From assembly GCA_008369845.1 (NCBI GenBank), contig MRSU01003228.1, positions 1-38,392 of the forward strand: a stretch of DNA of 38,392 nt, read 5' to 3'. This DNA is from Trichomonas gallinae. Its lineage: Eukaryota. Positions within the stretch are counted from its first letter, which is position 1, and the number at the start of each line of letters is the position of its first letter. Shown here piece after piece: positions 20,456-31,500 of the stretch. The notes below the pieces were generated by a model that worked only from the letters and a program-made list of their open reading frames with translations, made no database searches and was not told where the DNA came from. The translations under genes and the position numbers were made by a program.

Positions 20456-20965
20456 ATGCCACGATCTGTATCATACTTAAATTGTCACCCTAAAAACAAA
20501 TTTTCCAGCGATGAGGACAACAAGTTGAGGTCTCTCGTCAACCAATATGGAGAAAGTAATTGGATGATGATTTCAAAATATATCCCAGGAAGGAATGCTA
20601 GGCAATGTAAAGACAGATGGGAAAAATTCCTATCTCCATATGTCAACACAAAACCATTCTCCATAGATGAAGATATTGAAATTTTAACACTTTATCAAAA
20701 AATTGGATCCAAATGGACAGCAATATCAAAGCAATTGAAAGGCAGATCTGACACTAGTGTGAAAAGTAGATGTCAGTTACTCATTAGACACAAAGAAACT
20801 GTTGAATCTTTAACAAAAAATAAAATCACGCAGGAACAAATGGCTGATGTTAATCATTCAGTATCACAAAGCAAAGACAATCTTAATTTTATTATTAACG
20901 CATTAAATTGCGATGGTCTGATTGATATTTTTGATCCTAATAATTCTGTTGACTATTTTAAATAA
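20456..20965 (+). CDS. R2R3 Myb-like DNA-binding protein (close paralogue of the 14453 gene)
   Basis: KFSSDEDNKL..NW..I..PGRNARQCKDRWEKFLSP..FSIDED..KW..I..LKGRSD. The start is either ATG 20393 or 20456; 20456 matches the paralogue's N-terminal length. Confidence 0.92.
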   Translation: MPRSVSYLNCHPKNKFSSDEDNKLRSLVNQYGESNWMMISKYIPGRNARQCKDRWEKFLSPYVNTKPFSIDEDIEILTLYQKIGSKWTAISKQLKGRSDTSVKSRCQLLIRHKETVESLTKNKITQEQMADVNHSVSQSKDNLNFIINALNCDGLIDIFDPNNSVDYFK

Positions 20966-22087
20966 AAATTGTACTATATATTAATATAAAAGGTGTTTAA
21001 AAACGATCAGATTTTCGAAAATTTTCAATTTCAATACCCACAGAAATTAATAAATCATTCAATAATCTTTGGGAAATAATTTGAGAAACACGGGACTGCA
21101 AACAATCTATAGTTAATATCCTATTGAATATTTTCTGTCTTTAGTTTCTATATTTTTCAATGAATTGAAAAAATTCAATGCATATCTCAAATTTCTCTTT
21201 CAAATCGTGCGGCTTTATTTTACGCTCCAATTCAATTTACTTTTTTCTTTCAGAATTTCAAATTTTAACTCATTGACATTTGGTAGTGTATAATATAAAT
21301 TTTGTTCGTATATTTCTCAATTATCAAACCTTTAAATCCGAATTCTTTTTATGATTCCATCTGTTCCTCATGTTTCAAATTTAGTAAATCAATTTATTTT
21401 TCTCAAACTAATCTTATCAAAAACTAGTTTGTCTTAATATTCAGCAGCCAACTGTATCATTAATGTATTTATTTATGCCAAAGCGTAAAATTTACATTCT
21501 ACACAATCATTATTTCAATACTGCGTATTAATCAATTTTTTGAAAAGTTAAAAATTGTTCTAGAGAATATGATAATGCCATCCAAAAACATGAGATACAT
21601 TTATATCAAAAGAAATTGGTCATTAATCTCGATTATTTGATCTATCGACCAAAAAATTATTTATTTTTGCGAAAAAACAAAATCAATACAGATACATTAA
21701 TCGAATTTCCTTTATTCCATTCCATTTATTCATCATTCTAAATGGATAATAATTTTTTATTTTATCGTTTTATCAAATCAAAAATGATTATCACCAATTA
21801 ATATATTCGAGTATTACATTTTGTTTTCATCATAATTTAACCAATTCCAAAATCTTTTTATTAATTTTGAATATTATATTTTAAATATCATAATTGATTT
21901 CATAATCATCATTGCATTATATACATCAATAATAACAAAATTGATCTGAATTCAAAATTATCTTTGCGAATTATTGTCATAATTCAATAAAATTTAGCAA
22001 TTCCAATGATGAAGAAGTATTTTGTTATTATTTTTCTTTTAAAATTACAAATAAAAAATAATTTTAATTTATAAAAGAAAAATTAAT

Positions 22088-25000
22088 TTAAACAAGTTTT
22101 GCTTCAAGTTCTTCCATGTTGAAGTTATTTGGTGCTTTGTGCTCTTTCAAGTTTTGAATTGCGCAAATTAGATTTGGTAAAAGTTCTGCGTCTGCCTTAT
22201 CTATTCGTGAATACACAATATCAGCAACTTTCTGCACCCAATCACCATCTGCGCAGTCAGCTGCTGTTTCAAGGGCAACTCCTGTTCCATCTTTCGCCAT
22301 TGCGACAAGTTGCTCACCAAATTTGGCTTCGTCAATAGCAATACCTCTCTTCTTCATCGCTACAATGCAGTTGGCTGCAGCTGCTCTGAAAACAGACTTT
22401 TGTCTGCTGCATTGCTTCAAGATCAAATCAATTAATTTTTGCGGAATTTCATCCAAATGAGGAACAGCGAGTTTGATGCAGTCAATCAATTCCTCTTTGC
22501 CAGGATATAATCTTGAATCCAAAGTAGCAGCAATTTCGTCAACAACTTTAGCCATCGATTTCAATGTTTCAGGTTTCATCACCATGAAGCATTTCTTCAA
22601 TGCTTTCGCGCCAGCAGATTTCATAGCATTGTTTCCGTTGAGTCCTCTTTCCATCAAGAACTTCGAGAAAACATCAGGACGAGAAGTTACTTCGATCTTC
22701 AATGTCAGTTCTTCCTTGATGACAATCGCGAAATCCGAAGCGTAATTTTCTCCACAGCTCGCTAAAAGAATGAAAGGAGTCAAACTGGATCTCAAGTGTT
22801 CTGGATTATTCTGGCAGATGGCTTTAATAATTAAAGCAGCAAGATCTTGACGTTCTTTCTCGAAGTACAAATCAATCAAGAAATGGTCATAATCGAATAA
22901 GTCATCATGTGCTTGACAAATTGTTGAAATAGAATGTTGCAAAGCACTGACAACAATTGGAATAACATTCTCAGCCTTTTCTTCTGATGCCAAGAAAAAC
23001 AATCTTTCGAGCATTGTTTCAAGTTTTTCTGCGATTGTCAGCTTGTCTTGTGCTCTGACGCATGCATCCAAGCAGTAGAAAATTGTATATCTGACACTTT
23101 CTAAAGCATAACTGCCTGCCAAGTATTCGAGGATTCTGTCGAAGAACTTCGCGAGAGAAAGTTCTGTGCACTTGAATATAACACGAGTCAAAACATTCCA
23201 TGCATCACTTGCAAGCATTTGTGTTGGTGTTCCGAAGCTGGCTGAGCTAGAAATAGCGTGGAAAAGTGCATCAAAGACAACCAATGCATCAGCACCAGTT
23301 TTGATTTGCTGTGATAATTGCGAGCACCATTTAGCTCCCAATAAAACCAAAGCTGGTTGATGCGAATCGAAAACTTCATTGATCAAGCCCAATAATGCTT
23401 TAAGTGTTGACTCAGGAGCATTGTTTCCTATTTTTGTAACAGCTTTGTCCAAAACATCAGCACCAGCAATTTTTAGTTCATTGTTTGGAGAATATGCAAT
23501 TCTCAGGGCTGTCTTTGATAACATTCCGAAGTATTCTTGTGCTTGCTCTGTTGTCATTCTTGATATTATATCTTTGAGACATGCAATGTTTGCTTGTTGC
23601 TGTTCCCAGCCTTCTGCTTCAGAGTCGATTGCTTTGATTACAGCATCAACTTGTAATTTCTTTCCTCCATCTGTTGCCCATTTGTAGAGTTTTCTGAAGG
23701 CAGATCCTCTGTCTTCGGTTGGCGAGAAGCTTTCGCAATAGAAGAAAGCGCTGAGTCTGTCTTTATCTTCAGCTGTTATTGTCTCTCTTGGTACTTCTAT
23801 GTCAGTGAATATCAAAAACTCACTTTCAATCAATGCAGTCAAAATCTGCATGAACAATAATGACTTGTACTGCGACAAACGGAAGCAAGTCATGATTGTC
23901 TGTGCGCGCGGCTGACCAGAAGGAACTTGTGCGTGAACATCACTGTTTTCTGGCTTGTTGCGTCCGTGAATTGCATCATCGAAAATCTTCTTTTGTTCAT
24001 CATTGCATTTATCATATAAAATCGGAAGACCCATGATGCCTGCTGTTCTCACAACGCCATTATCCGCTCCAGAGCAGAACAGCAATGATCTTGTTGCGAA
24101 CCAGAGTCTTTCTGGGACTTTGTTATTGATCATGTATAAAAGGAAAATGGCTGAATTCCTCCTGGATCTGTCTTTTCTCAATCCATCGTCAATCTTCTTC
24201 ATCAAAAATTCTTCGTCGTCAATAATTTCGACGAGTTTCTTCGCACCGGCAACAATGACTTCAACTCTTTCGGTGGAAATCAGTGGAGGCTCGAATAAGC
24301 AGTTGACAATCCTCCTGCATAATTCAACATCACCTTTTGCAATGACAGACAAAACTTCAATTCCATATGAATCGATTGAGAACTTCGAGAATAATTTGTC
24401 GAAGTGTTCCTTGTTCAGCAAACCTCTTTTTGCCATAGCCATTAAACAGTGCTTTCCAAGGCTGGCATTGCTTACAGAGTTAAGCAATTCAAGGCACTCA
24501 TCGAATGGGCAGCCATAATGAGCGAGAAAAGCAATTTTCTTTGGATTCTTAAGCTGCGAACTAACACTATCGACGTCAATTTTCGCTTTCGTCCAGCACA
24601 AAAATCCAGAAACGGCTTCGACAATTTCTGGATCGCTTTCCTCCTTCATCACAGTGATGCACTGATCAATGTCTTGTTGAGAAAATTCTCCCTCAAATTC
24701 TACTTTTTGTGAAACATATCCCAAAAACTTTGAAATGCCTGGTGCCGCTGACGGACAGTTCGAAAATTCTTGAATGATGAAAGAGAAAGGAAGCGGAAGA
24801 GTAACATTGCACCTGCAGCAGAACTGGAAGAAAGAGTCAATTGCTCTTGTGCTGTTAGGGTTGCTCAAATATCTCTTCAAGTTTGGCATGTTCATCAGTT
24901 CATTGAAAAGTTCACCAGTAGTAGGGGGCTGAGATGATGAATCATAAATCACTGCTCTGAAACCGTCATTAACTACATGTTTGTATGGGAAGAGCAACAA

Positions 25001-26155
25001 CCTGCTTTCATCGATCATGGAGACATCATTGGCCAAAGCGCACGCGAATAGTTTAGGCCTTGGATTTTTGTAAGGGAAAATGAATCGCATCAATCTTAGC
25101 GCCAAAGAAGAATTTCCGTCTTCGAGATTTTTTTCGATGAATTTTTCAACGACTGATGGATTGATGAACGTTGAAAACAGTATCATCAAGGACGTAACTG
25201 TTTCACTGTCAGCATCGCAGTCGAATATTTGCTTGAACAAAACATAATCATTCTGGAATTCCTTATGATAGGTTTTGAGCAAATTTCTCAAACATCTCGA
25301 AGCAGCCGGCGTTTGCAATTTCGTGATTAGTATCTCTGCAAACTGCTTAGTGAGTGGCTGCATTGTTTCGTATAATTCTATTTGGCTGTCGAGTAATAAA
25401 ATACCATCTGTTAAATTCAAGTTATTATTCAGGAATTCAAGTGGTAATTTGTGTGGTATTTGAGTAAGCAACTTGAGAGCTCTGGCAGCAAGCAGACTAT
25501 CTGATGATTTAGCGCAGTTCATGAAATAATTTGTAATGGTTCCAAAATTAAAGTCTTCTGGGATGTTAATACTGATATCAAACGAGTGAACAAGCGTTGC
25601 AAACAACTCTTCATAGCCTTTAAATTGCTTTACATTTGTTGTAACGTATTGCGGAAAATATTGTAATGTTTGCGAGCTTGTTTTGATTGAAGCGCGTAAT
25701 AATATGATATTCTTCGATAATATATCAATATATTGTTGTGGAGCTATGAATTCGTAGGCTGCGAGAAAAGATTTGTATGTAATTATTTGTAAATTTTGAG
25801 GAAGAGTTTGAAAAGTCATCATAAGAGTTTTAGCAATCTGATAGTTTTGTCCTGGCGGTGTTCTTTCTAGACCAAGTTTAATAAATATACTTGCGATATT
25901 TTTCGCAAGCGGATTCTTGGATTTCAAGTAAAATATTACAATTTCTTTAAGAGGAACTCTAATATTGATCTTTGGCTTGATGAAAACTAGTATTTCATTA
26001 ATGGTTTTTATCGCTTCATCTGATTTCTGCTTATCACCGCTTTCTACTGCGCTCAAAACGGACATGAGGTTCTTGTTTAGGACTTCTTCGAGTCCTTCGT
26101 CCGTCTTAGCATAATACATGTACAACAGGACGTCATTAAAATCGATATTTTGCAT
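22088..26155 (-). CDS. ECM29: Proteasome adapter/scaffold ECM29-like HEAT-repeat protein
   Basis: The N-terminus AKTDEGLEEVL...IKPKINIRVPL..Y....PLAKNIASIFIKLG follows the ECM29 pattern (AETDEQL..IKSRPKIQLP..NF..IYVKMG). The C-terminal SRLYPGKEEL resembles GRTWAGKEEL. All-helical sequence character. Confidence 0.75.
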   Translation of the reverse strand: MQNIDFNDVLLYMYYAKTDEGLEEVLNKNLMSVLSAVESGDKQKSDEAIKTINEILVFIKPKINIRVPLKEIVIFYLKSKNPLAKNIASIFIKLGLERTPPGQNYQIAKTLMMTFQTLPQNLQIITYKSFLAAYEFIAPQQYIDILSKNIILLRASIKTSSQTLQYFPQYVTTNVKQFKGYEELFATLVHSFDISINIPEDFNFGTITNYFMNCAKSSDSLLAARALKLLTQIPHKLPLEFLNNNLNLTDGILLLDSQIELYETMQPLTKQFAEILITKLQTPAASRCLRNLLKTYHKEFQNDYVLFKQIFDCDADSETVTSLMILFSTFINPSVVEKFIEKNLEDGNSSLALRLMRFIFPYKNPRPKLFACALANDVSMIDESRLLLFPYKHVVNDGFRAVIYDSSSQPPTTGELFNELMNMPNLKRYLSNPNSTRAIDSFFQFCCRCNVTLPLPFSFIIQEFSNCPSAAPGISKFLGYVSQKVEFEGEFSQQDIDQCITVMKEESDPEIVEAVSGFLCWTKAKIDVDSVSSQLKNPKKIAFLAHYGCPFDECLELLNSVSNASLGKHCLMAMAKRGLLNKEHFDKLFSKFSIDSYGIEVLSVIAKGDVELCRRIVNCLFEPPLISTERVEVIVAGAKKLVEIIDDEEFLMKKIDDGLRKDRSRRNSAIFLLYMINNKVPERLWFATRSLLFCSGADNGVVRTAGIMGLPILYDKCNDEQKKIFDDAIHGRNKPENSDVHAQVPSGQPRAQTIMTCFRLSQYKSLLFMQILTALIESEFLIFTDIEVPRETITAEDKDRLSAFFYCESFSPTEDRGSAFRKLYKWATDGGKKLQVDAVIKAIDSEAEGWEQQQANIACLKDIISRMTTEQAQEYFGMLSKTALRIAYSPNNELKIAGADVLDKAVTKIGNNAPESTLKALLGLINEVFDSHQPALVLLGAKWCSQLSQQIKTGADALVVFDALFHAISSSASFGTPTQMLASDAWNVLTRVIFKCTELSLAKFFDRILEYLAGSYALESVRYTIFYCLDACVRAQDKLTIAEKLETMLERLFFLASEEKAENVIPIVVSALQHSISTICQAHDDLFDYDHFLIDLYFEKERQDLAALIIKAICQNNPEHLRSSLTPFILLASCGENYASDFAIVIKEELTLKIEVTSRPDVFSKFLMERGLNGNNAMKSAGAKALKKCFMVMKPETLKSMAKVVDEIAATLDSRLYPGKEELIDCIKLAVPHLDEIPQKLIDLILKQCSRQKSVFRAAAANCIVAMKKRGIAIDEAKFGEQLVAMAKDGTGVALETAADCADGDWVQKVADIVYSRIDKADAELLPNLICAIQNLKEHKAPNNFNMEELEAKLV

Positions 26156-26436
26156 GTTTTTTGATTTAACCTTAATTTAGTTCATTCGGCTAAATTTTTT
26201 TTTTTACACGATCAAAATTTTCCGAAATTATTCGGCTGAGAAAATTGATTTAGAGATTTTTTCTATTGATTATCGCTAGCTTAAAAACTAGGATGACCAG
26301 TGCTGTAATTTCCAAATTCAAAGAATCTCTTTAAGACTATCAAAACTATTTCATACGAATGTATGATTAAATTTTATTTGACAATTTGTAAATTAATTTT
26401 GTCAAATTTTTTTATCTGGGGTAGCTATCATAAGAT

Positions 26437-26517
26437 TAGAGGTGTACCAATCAATTAAAATCTTTTTTGGCTCCTAACTTTGTAAGTAGTCTATATATAG
26501 TCATTGCTACATCTCTA
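26437..26517. repeat. 81-bp element bounded by imperfect inverted repeats (possible second MITE family)
   Basis: TAGAGGTGTACCAAT versus rc of the right end TAGAGATGTAGCAAT, 13/15 match. Single copy in the window, no clean TSD. Confidence 0.4.
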
Positions 26518-26812
26518 TAAAATTTTGTCAATTATATAGAATTCGCAAGTTTTTACGGGCGCGTAAGCGAAATCTATATTATGAAGCTTATTATTTTCAC
26601 TTTAAATTGCATTGAAATTTGAATAAAGGTATGGAAACTTCGAAGGGCTCTAGGAAATTGCCCTAAACTCTCTCACTTTATGACGATAATTACGACTTTT
26701 CATTCAAAACCAGCCAAGTGTCAAATGCAAAACATTTATATCAAAAATCTATAATATATTTAAGATAATAGCAAACAAACAAATAAAAAAAATCATGAAA
26801 AATAGAATTTGA

Positions 26813-28063
26813 TTAGACTCCTGGCTCACCAGATACATGAAGAAAACTATACTGTGAAAAATTCGGGTCCTCGATGTATGCAATGTCACCAGGCTGAACT
26901 CGATCTTCGAAACGTTCTGGTGGTGGCGGATGAAATTCGTGTCTGATCCTAAAGTATAGATAATCCATCAGAGAAACAACGAAAATCATTGTCTCAACTG
27001 CAGCAAACTGAACAGAGCCCTGCATTTTTGAGATGGAGCAGTAAATAATGCAAAGAGACATCGACAGAATAAGTTTGAAATATGTTTCAACAAATTTCTT
27101 GACGAGTGAACATTTTGATAAAATTTGTTGGTTGTTTGGATAATCACTTGATATTGAGTGCGCCATCACTGCACCTGAAGATATATCAGTTAAATACATG
27201 AAGAAAATGAAAACACATTGGAAAATTAAGAGAGTACTGAAAATATAATGTGTTGCTTTTTCGCAGGCATAAACCGATGCGAAAAAAAGAAAAATTCTGA
27301 AGTATTTCGATACTGCTTCTTTCAAAGGTATTTGTCTTCTGAGAATGCCAACGCCGGTGCTCGACATATAGTTAACTAGAAATATATATGAGTTAATGAA
27401 CATCGCAAAAAGTAGTGGAAAAGCTTTGTAGGGATGAGGCTCGAAAAAATATTCTTGTTCCGAGCGTTTTGTCCAAACTAATGCGAAAATACCAAGTGAT
27501 TGTGATTTCAGTGCAGCAGCAATAGCGAAAAGGCGTGTTAGCATGATATCAAATCGCTGATTTCTATAGATGTTGAATATCCAAAGAAGAGTAAGTATTA
27601 TGTAAGACATGCATCCAATCATTGCAATGTATGGCATCAATTGGAATCTTCTGTCAAGTGCTGATGAAATATTTTCGTAAAATAAAGATACATCAAAATA
27701 TTCTTTGTAGCAATTAAAGATTATTGGAACGTAAACGTCTTTTTCCGGTATTTTATATATCCATGACTGATTTTGTTGATCTGGTTGGAAAATTGTGAGA
27801 TCTTTATAACCTGGAACTGCTTTGGTGCATATGGCTTTCGAGTTTTTGAAATTTGACTCAATGTCGTAGTATTTGCTTTCTGTTATTAATAAAACTTTCG
27901 AATAAAATGATTTCGACTGTTTGAAGTTTGATACAATAAAATCTATATGAAAAATGCCGCCTTTTTCGAAGCCGAAGCTAGGAAAGACGACAACATCGTT
28001 GTATTTTTCGATAGTTTTGATGTATCTCAGTGAACACGCGAAATAAAACAGAAAATTTAGCAT
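26813..28063 (-). CDS. Seven-transmembrane protein, GOST / lung-7TM (GPR107/GPR108/TMEM87)-like
   Basis: Signal peptide, about 130-aa luminal domain starting FGFEKGG, about 7 hydrophobic helices, and a cytosolic tail after YFR. Confidence 0.7.
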   Translation of the reverse strand: MLNFLFYFACSLRYIKTIEKYNDVVVFPSFGFEKGGIFHIDFIVSNFKQSKSFYSKVLLITESKYYDIESNFKNSKAICTKAVPGYKDLTIFQPDQQNQSWIYKIPEKDVYVPIIFNCYKEYFDVSLFYENISSALDRRFQLMPYIAMIGCMSYIILTLLWIFNIYRNQRFDIMLTRLFAIAAALKSQSLGIFALVWTKRSEQEYFFEPHPYKAFPLLFAMFINSYIFLVNYMSSTGVGILRRQIPLKEAVSKYFRIFLFFASVYACEKATHYIFSTLLIFQCVFIFFMYLTDISSGAVMAHSISSDYPNNQQILSKCSLVKKFVETYFKLILSMSLCIIYCSISKMQGSVQFAAVETMIFVVSLMDYLYFRIRHEFHPPPPERFEDRVQPGDIAYIEDPNFSQYSFLHVSGEPGV

Positions 28064-28534
28064 TTGTCACTTTTTATGTCAAGTAAAAATTTTACAATTT
28101 CAGATTGTCAGATAATTATGTCAAATTTTTATCCACTTTAAAAAATATTACTTTAATCCGCGTTTAATCTTAGACTTAGAATCAATTTAATATAACAGAC
28201 ATATATAGTTCCTAATCTTTAAACAAATAACCCATAGCAGTTAATTAAAATTAGCAGAATCTGTATAAACGTAAAATAACGTAATACAACAAAAATAATA
28301 ACCATTGGAACAGCTGATATTTGATTAGACAGATGCCGAGCAAATATGTATATTTCCTGATACATTATGTATGTGAGTCAGTAGTCTGAATTCGATTTTC
28401 AAAAGATGTTGAATATTCAAAAAAGGGTGAGTGTCATGTATGCTATGTATACCATCAGTGATTTTCATTAATTGTCTTCAAATGATGCACCTTAAAATTA
28501 AATAATTTTCAAACAAAAAATACAAAACAATTTA

Positions 28535-31500
28535 TTATTGTCCGCTTGTGTAGGATCTTCTTGCGACAGAAGTTGCGGACCTGATTCGCGATTGCAAGTT
28601 CGGGGCAACAATTGCAGCCCTCTTTGCAGTTTGCACCATTGATCTCCTGGTCAATGTATCTTTAGCGGAATCCTTGGCATATTCGCTTTTCGCTGAAAGA
28701 AGCGAACTGTCTGAATCCATCTCGACAGCTTTTCTAGTGTGAAACTCTCTGACGTATTTTGCCTTGATGAACTGAATTGTCAATTTGACGTTGCTGATGA
28801 AGTTTTGGTCAGTTATAACTCCTGAACTTAAAATCAAGTTCAGCAGTTTTAAGCCACTTTCCATCAGCAAAACGTTGTCATCGATATTAATTAGTTTCCT
28901 TTCGCTTTCGATGAATCGATCATTCGAAACCATTTGTGCGAATATTTTAAGCTGCTTCTCGTATCTGATGTAATTGGCAATTGTATACTTGAGCATATCG
29001 ATTGCTTCAAACTGAACTGTGAACCTCATCATCTTGTTCAATGATGGCATGGCATCGCATTTCAAAGACAAAGGATTTGCGATCATTTCTTCAACGAAAA
29101 ACTTGATCATTGATTCAACGCACTCCAATACTTTCGTCTTCATTACAGATATATAAAGATGGAACCTCAATTTGCGTTGATATTCATATAATTCAACAAC
29201 TTGTGCTTCAACGGTATTCTTTTGTGCAGCTGATTTTGCAAACATGAAATCTCTCCGCATTATTTGAGGAATCACTTCAATGTTATTAAGCACGTAAATG
29301 AAAACAGGCGAATTCCTCGGCATCTCGTCTAAAATATAAATAATCATTTCGACAAATGAGCAAATAACTCTTGACATTGGGTGGCATCGAGATCTTGACG
29401 GAGGAATTGGCTGCGATGCCCACTCCAAAATAGAATTCATGAACAATTCATTCCAGTGAGATCGAGAGCTTCTCCAGAAGTAACAAATGTTTTTGAACAT
29501 CTGCAATAGTATGTCGCAGAGCTCGATAATTATTGTTTGCGTTGTTGCAACATTCATCTCTTTTGCTTTGTTTTTCGCTTTTAAGAATGTTGTCTCTTTG
29601 AGGTCAAACCTCGCTGCTCTCAAAACTTGTGTGTCGAAGAATTTCGTGACACTTTCAGCTTCGCGCGTTATCACTCCCATTGCCTTAGAGAAGAACTGTA
29701 TTGAGTCATTGATTGGAGGCTGAAGAACAAGTTTATCCCTGAAAGTTGAATATTGATACAAAATCAGCATTTGTGTCAATTGTTTTCCTAAGTGGCGAAT
29801 TTCTGCGATATCCAAAGTCATGCTTAATTGGTTGTAGTCTATCTGCGGTATGATTGGAATGTCAGCAGCCACTAAATACTTTTGAAGATGCTGGGATTCC
29901 ATTATAACTTTTTGAGTATGAATGCAGCCGTTTCTGAGAATGTCAACAACCAAATTATTGATTTGCTGCTCGCGTAAAGTTTCGAACAAGTCCCACATGA
30001 TGCCTCCCATTGTTATGTCAATTGTGGAACAGTAAGAGTTACCCATGATTATCTCTTTGATGACATTTAATGTCTGATTTCGAACGGAATCATTGCTCGC
30101 GACAACTTTTATCATGTTCGCACTGTGCAAGATTGTTATAGGACTGACAACTGTTTTATAGAGGATCTGATAAGCTGGATCATAAGCTTTTGTTGATGAT
30201 GCTCTTAAAACAGCCAACAAGAATGAAACAGCCTCGCTTCTCGCGCTTTGCAAATGCAAACAATGCAAAACTTTGTGGCAGATCTTGAAATCAACGAACA
30301 TTCTCGCAGCAGCTGTTGACATTCCTCCTGAAAACATCGAGCACAATGTCTTGATAGCGTTTCCTTTTTGCTTTTCAATTCCGTAACATAAAGAATGAGC
30401 AAGATTGCTTGCTGCTTCTCCGAAACTCAAGAACTGGTTGAAATACCAGTCGTTGTGTTCTTCAGTTCTTTTGAGAGAATTGACGATGAATACTGATGTC
30501 GACAAAATGTATCTGATCAATCCGTGAACTTTTGTGTGTGTGAACATGAATAAAGTAGACATGTCTTGGACTTGGAGCCAACTTGACGCATCAAAGTTGT
30601 TCGCCAGTTGTGCACTGGAAAATGGCAGATAAGGATTTGCTGCATATAAACCAAATAAGGCCATGATTGTTTCATTTGTGTAGGGAGTCAATGGTCCCTG
30701 TCCTGGTTCAACGCTTGACACGAATCTCATGAAGAAGTGCAACAGTTTGCTGAACATTTTGTTGTGGTATGTTATTGATGGAACAACGTCAGAAAGCTGA
30801 ATTTCGCTGGCAATCTTTTTGATAACAAACTCAACCAAATGGTCAATAAATCTTAATTGATACATCGTTTGAACGACTCTCCAGTTTGCAGGCATGTCCA
30901 GTGGATAAGAGAATTGAGCATCATTTTCATCGTGCTCATCGTGAAACATCAATGATTCAGCGACACCTAAAGCAAATGAAAAAGTATCAACGTTGACAGA
31001 ATTGAAAACCGGGAAGATGAATTGGGAGACGAAAATGTCCGGATTGTGGACTCTCAAGTACAAATCAACTGTTTCTGCGAATGTCGATGGCTGATTGAAT
31101 GGATATGTTCTCAAAAGCTTTTCAACTGGCGGACGTTTTGCTGGATCGATTTGCAAACAAGTAGCAATGATTTCGATGAATAATTTTGACTCGTCGTAAT
31201 TTAATTTCGTGTTCTTGTAAGGCAACAAAGAGTAATGCTCGAGATCTAATATAGACGGCCTTCTTAACTCTTCATCGCACTGTATGAAACACTCACCGCA
31301 TTCTCCAGTGCATTTTTCGAGTGATCCAACAATCTTGAAGTCTTCGAGCCAATCATAGAAGAAGTTCGGCTTCGGATAAATAGGAGCATGAGAAAGAATC
31401 GATTCGTGGAACTCTCCTTTCTTGTTTTCGGCTTCTTGGATCTGTTCTTCTGTCAGCGAGCTCATCAATTCAATTCCGTATGATCGAGGAAGCTGGCCTG

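Noticed and set aside
425..26155. Functional cluster of ubiquitin-proteasome genes (E2, USP, ECM29)
   Set aside because: They are interspersed with unrelated genes, and these families are large in trichomonads, so chance suffices.
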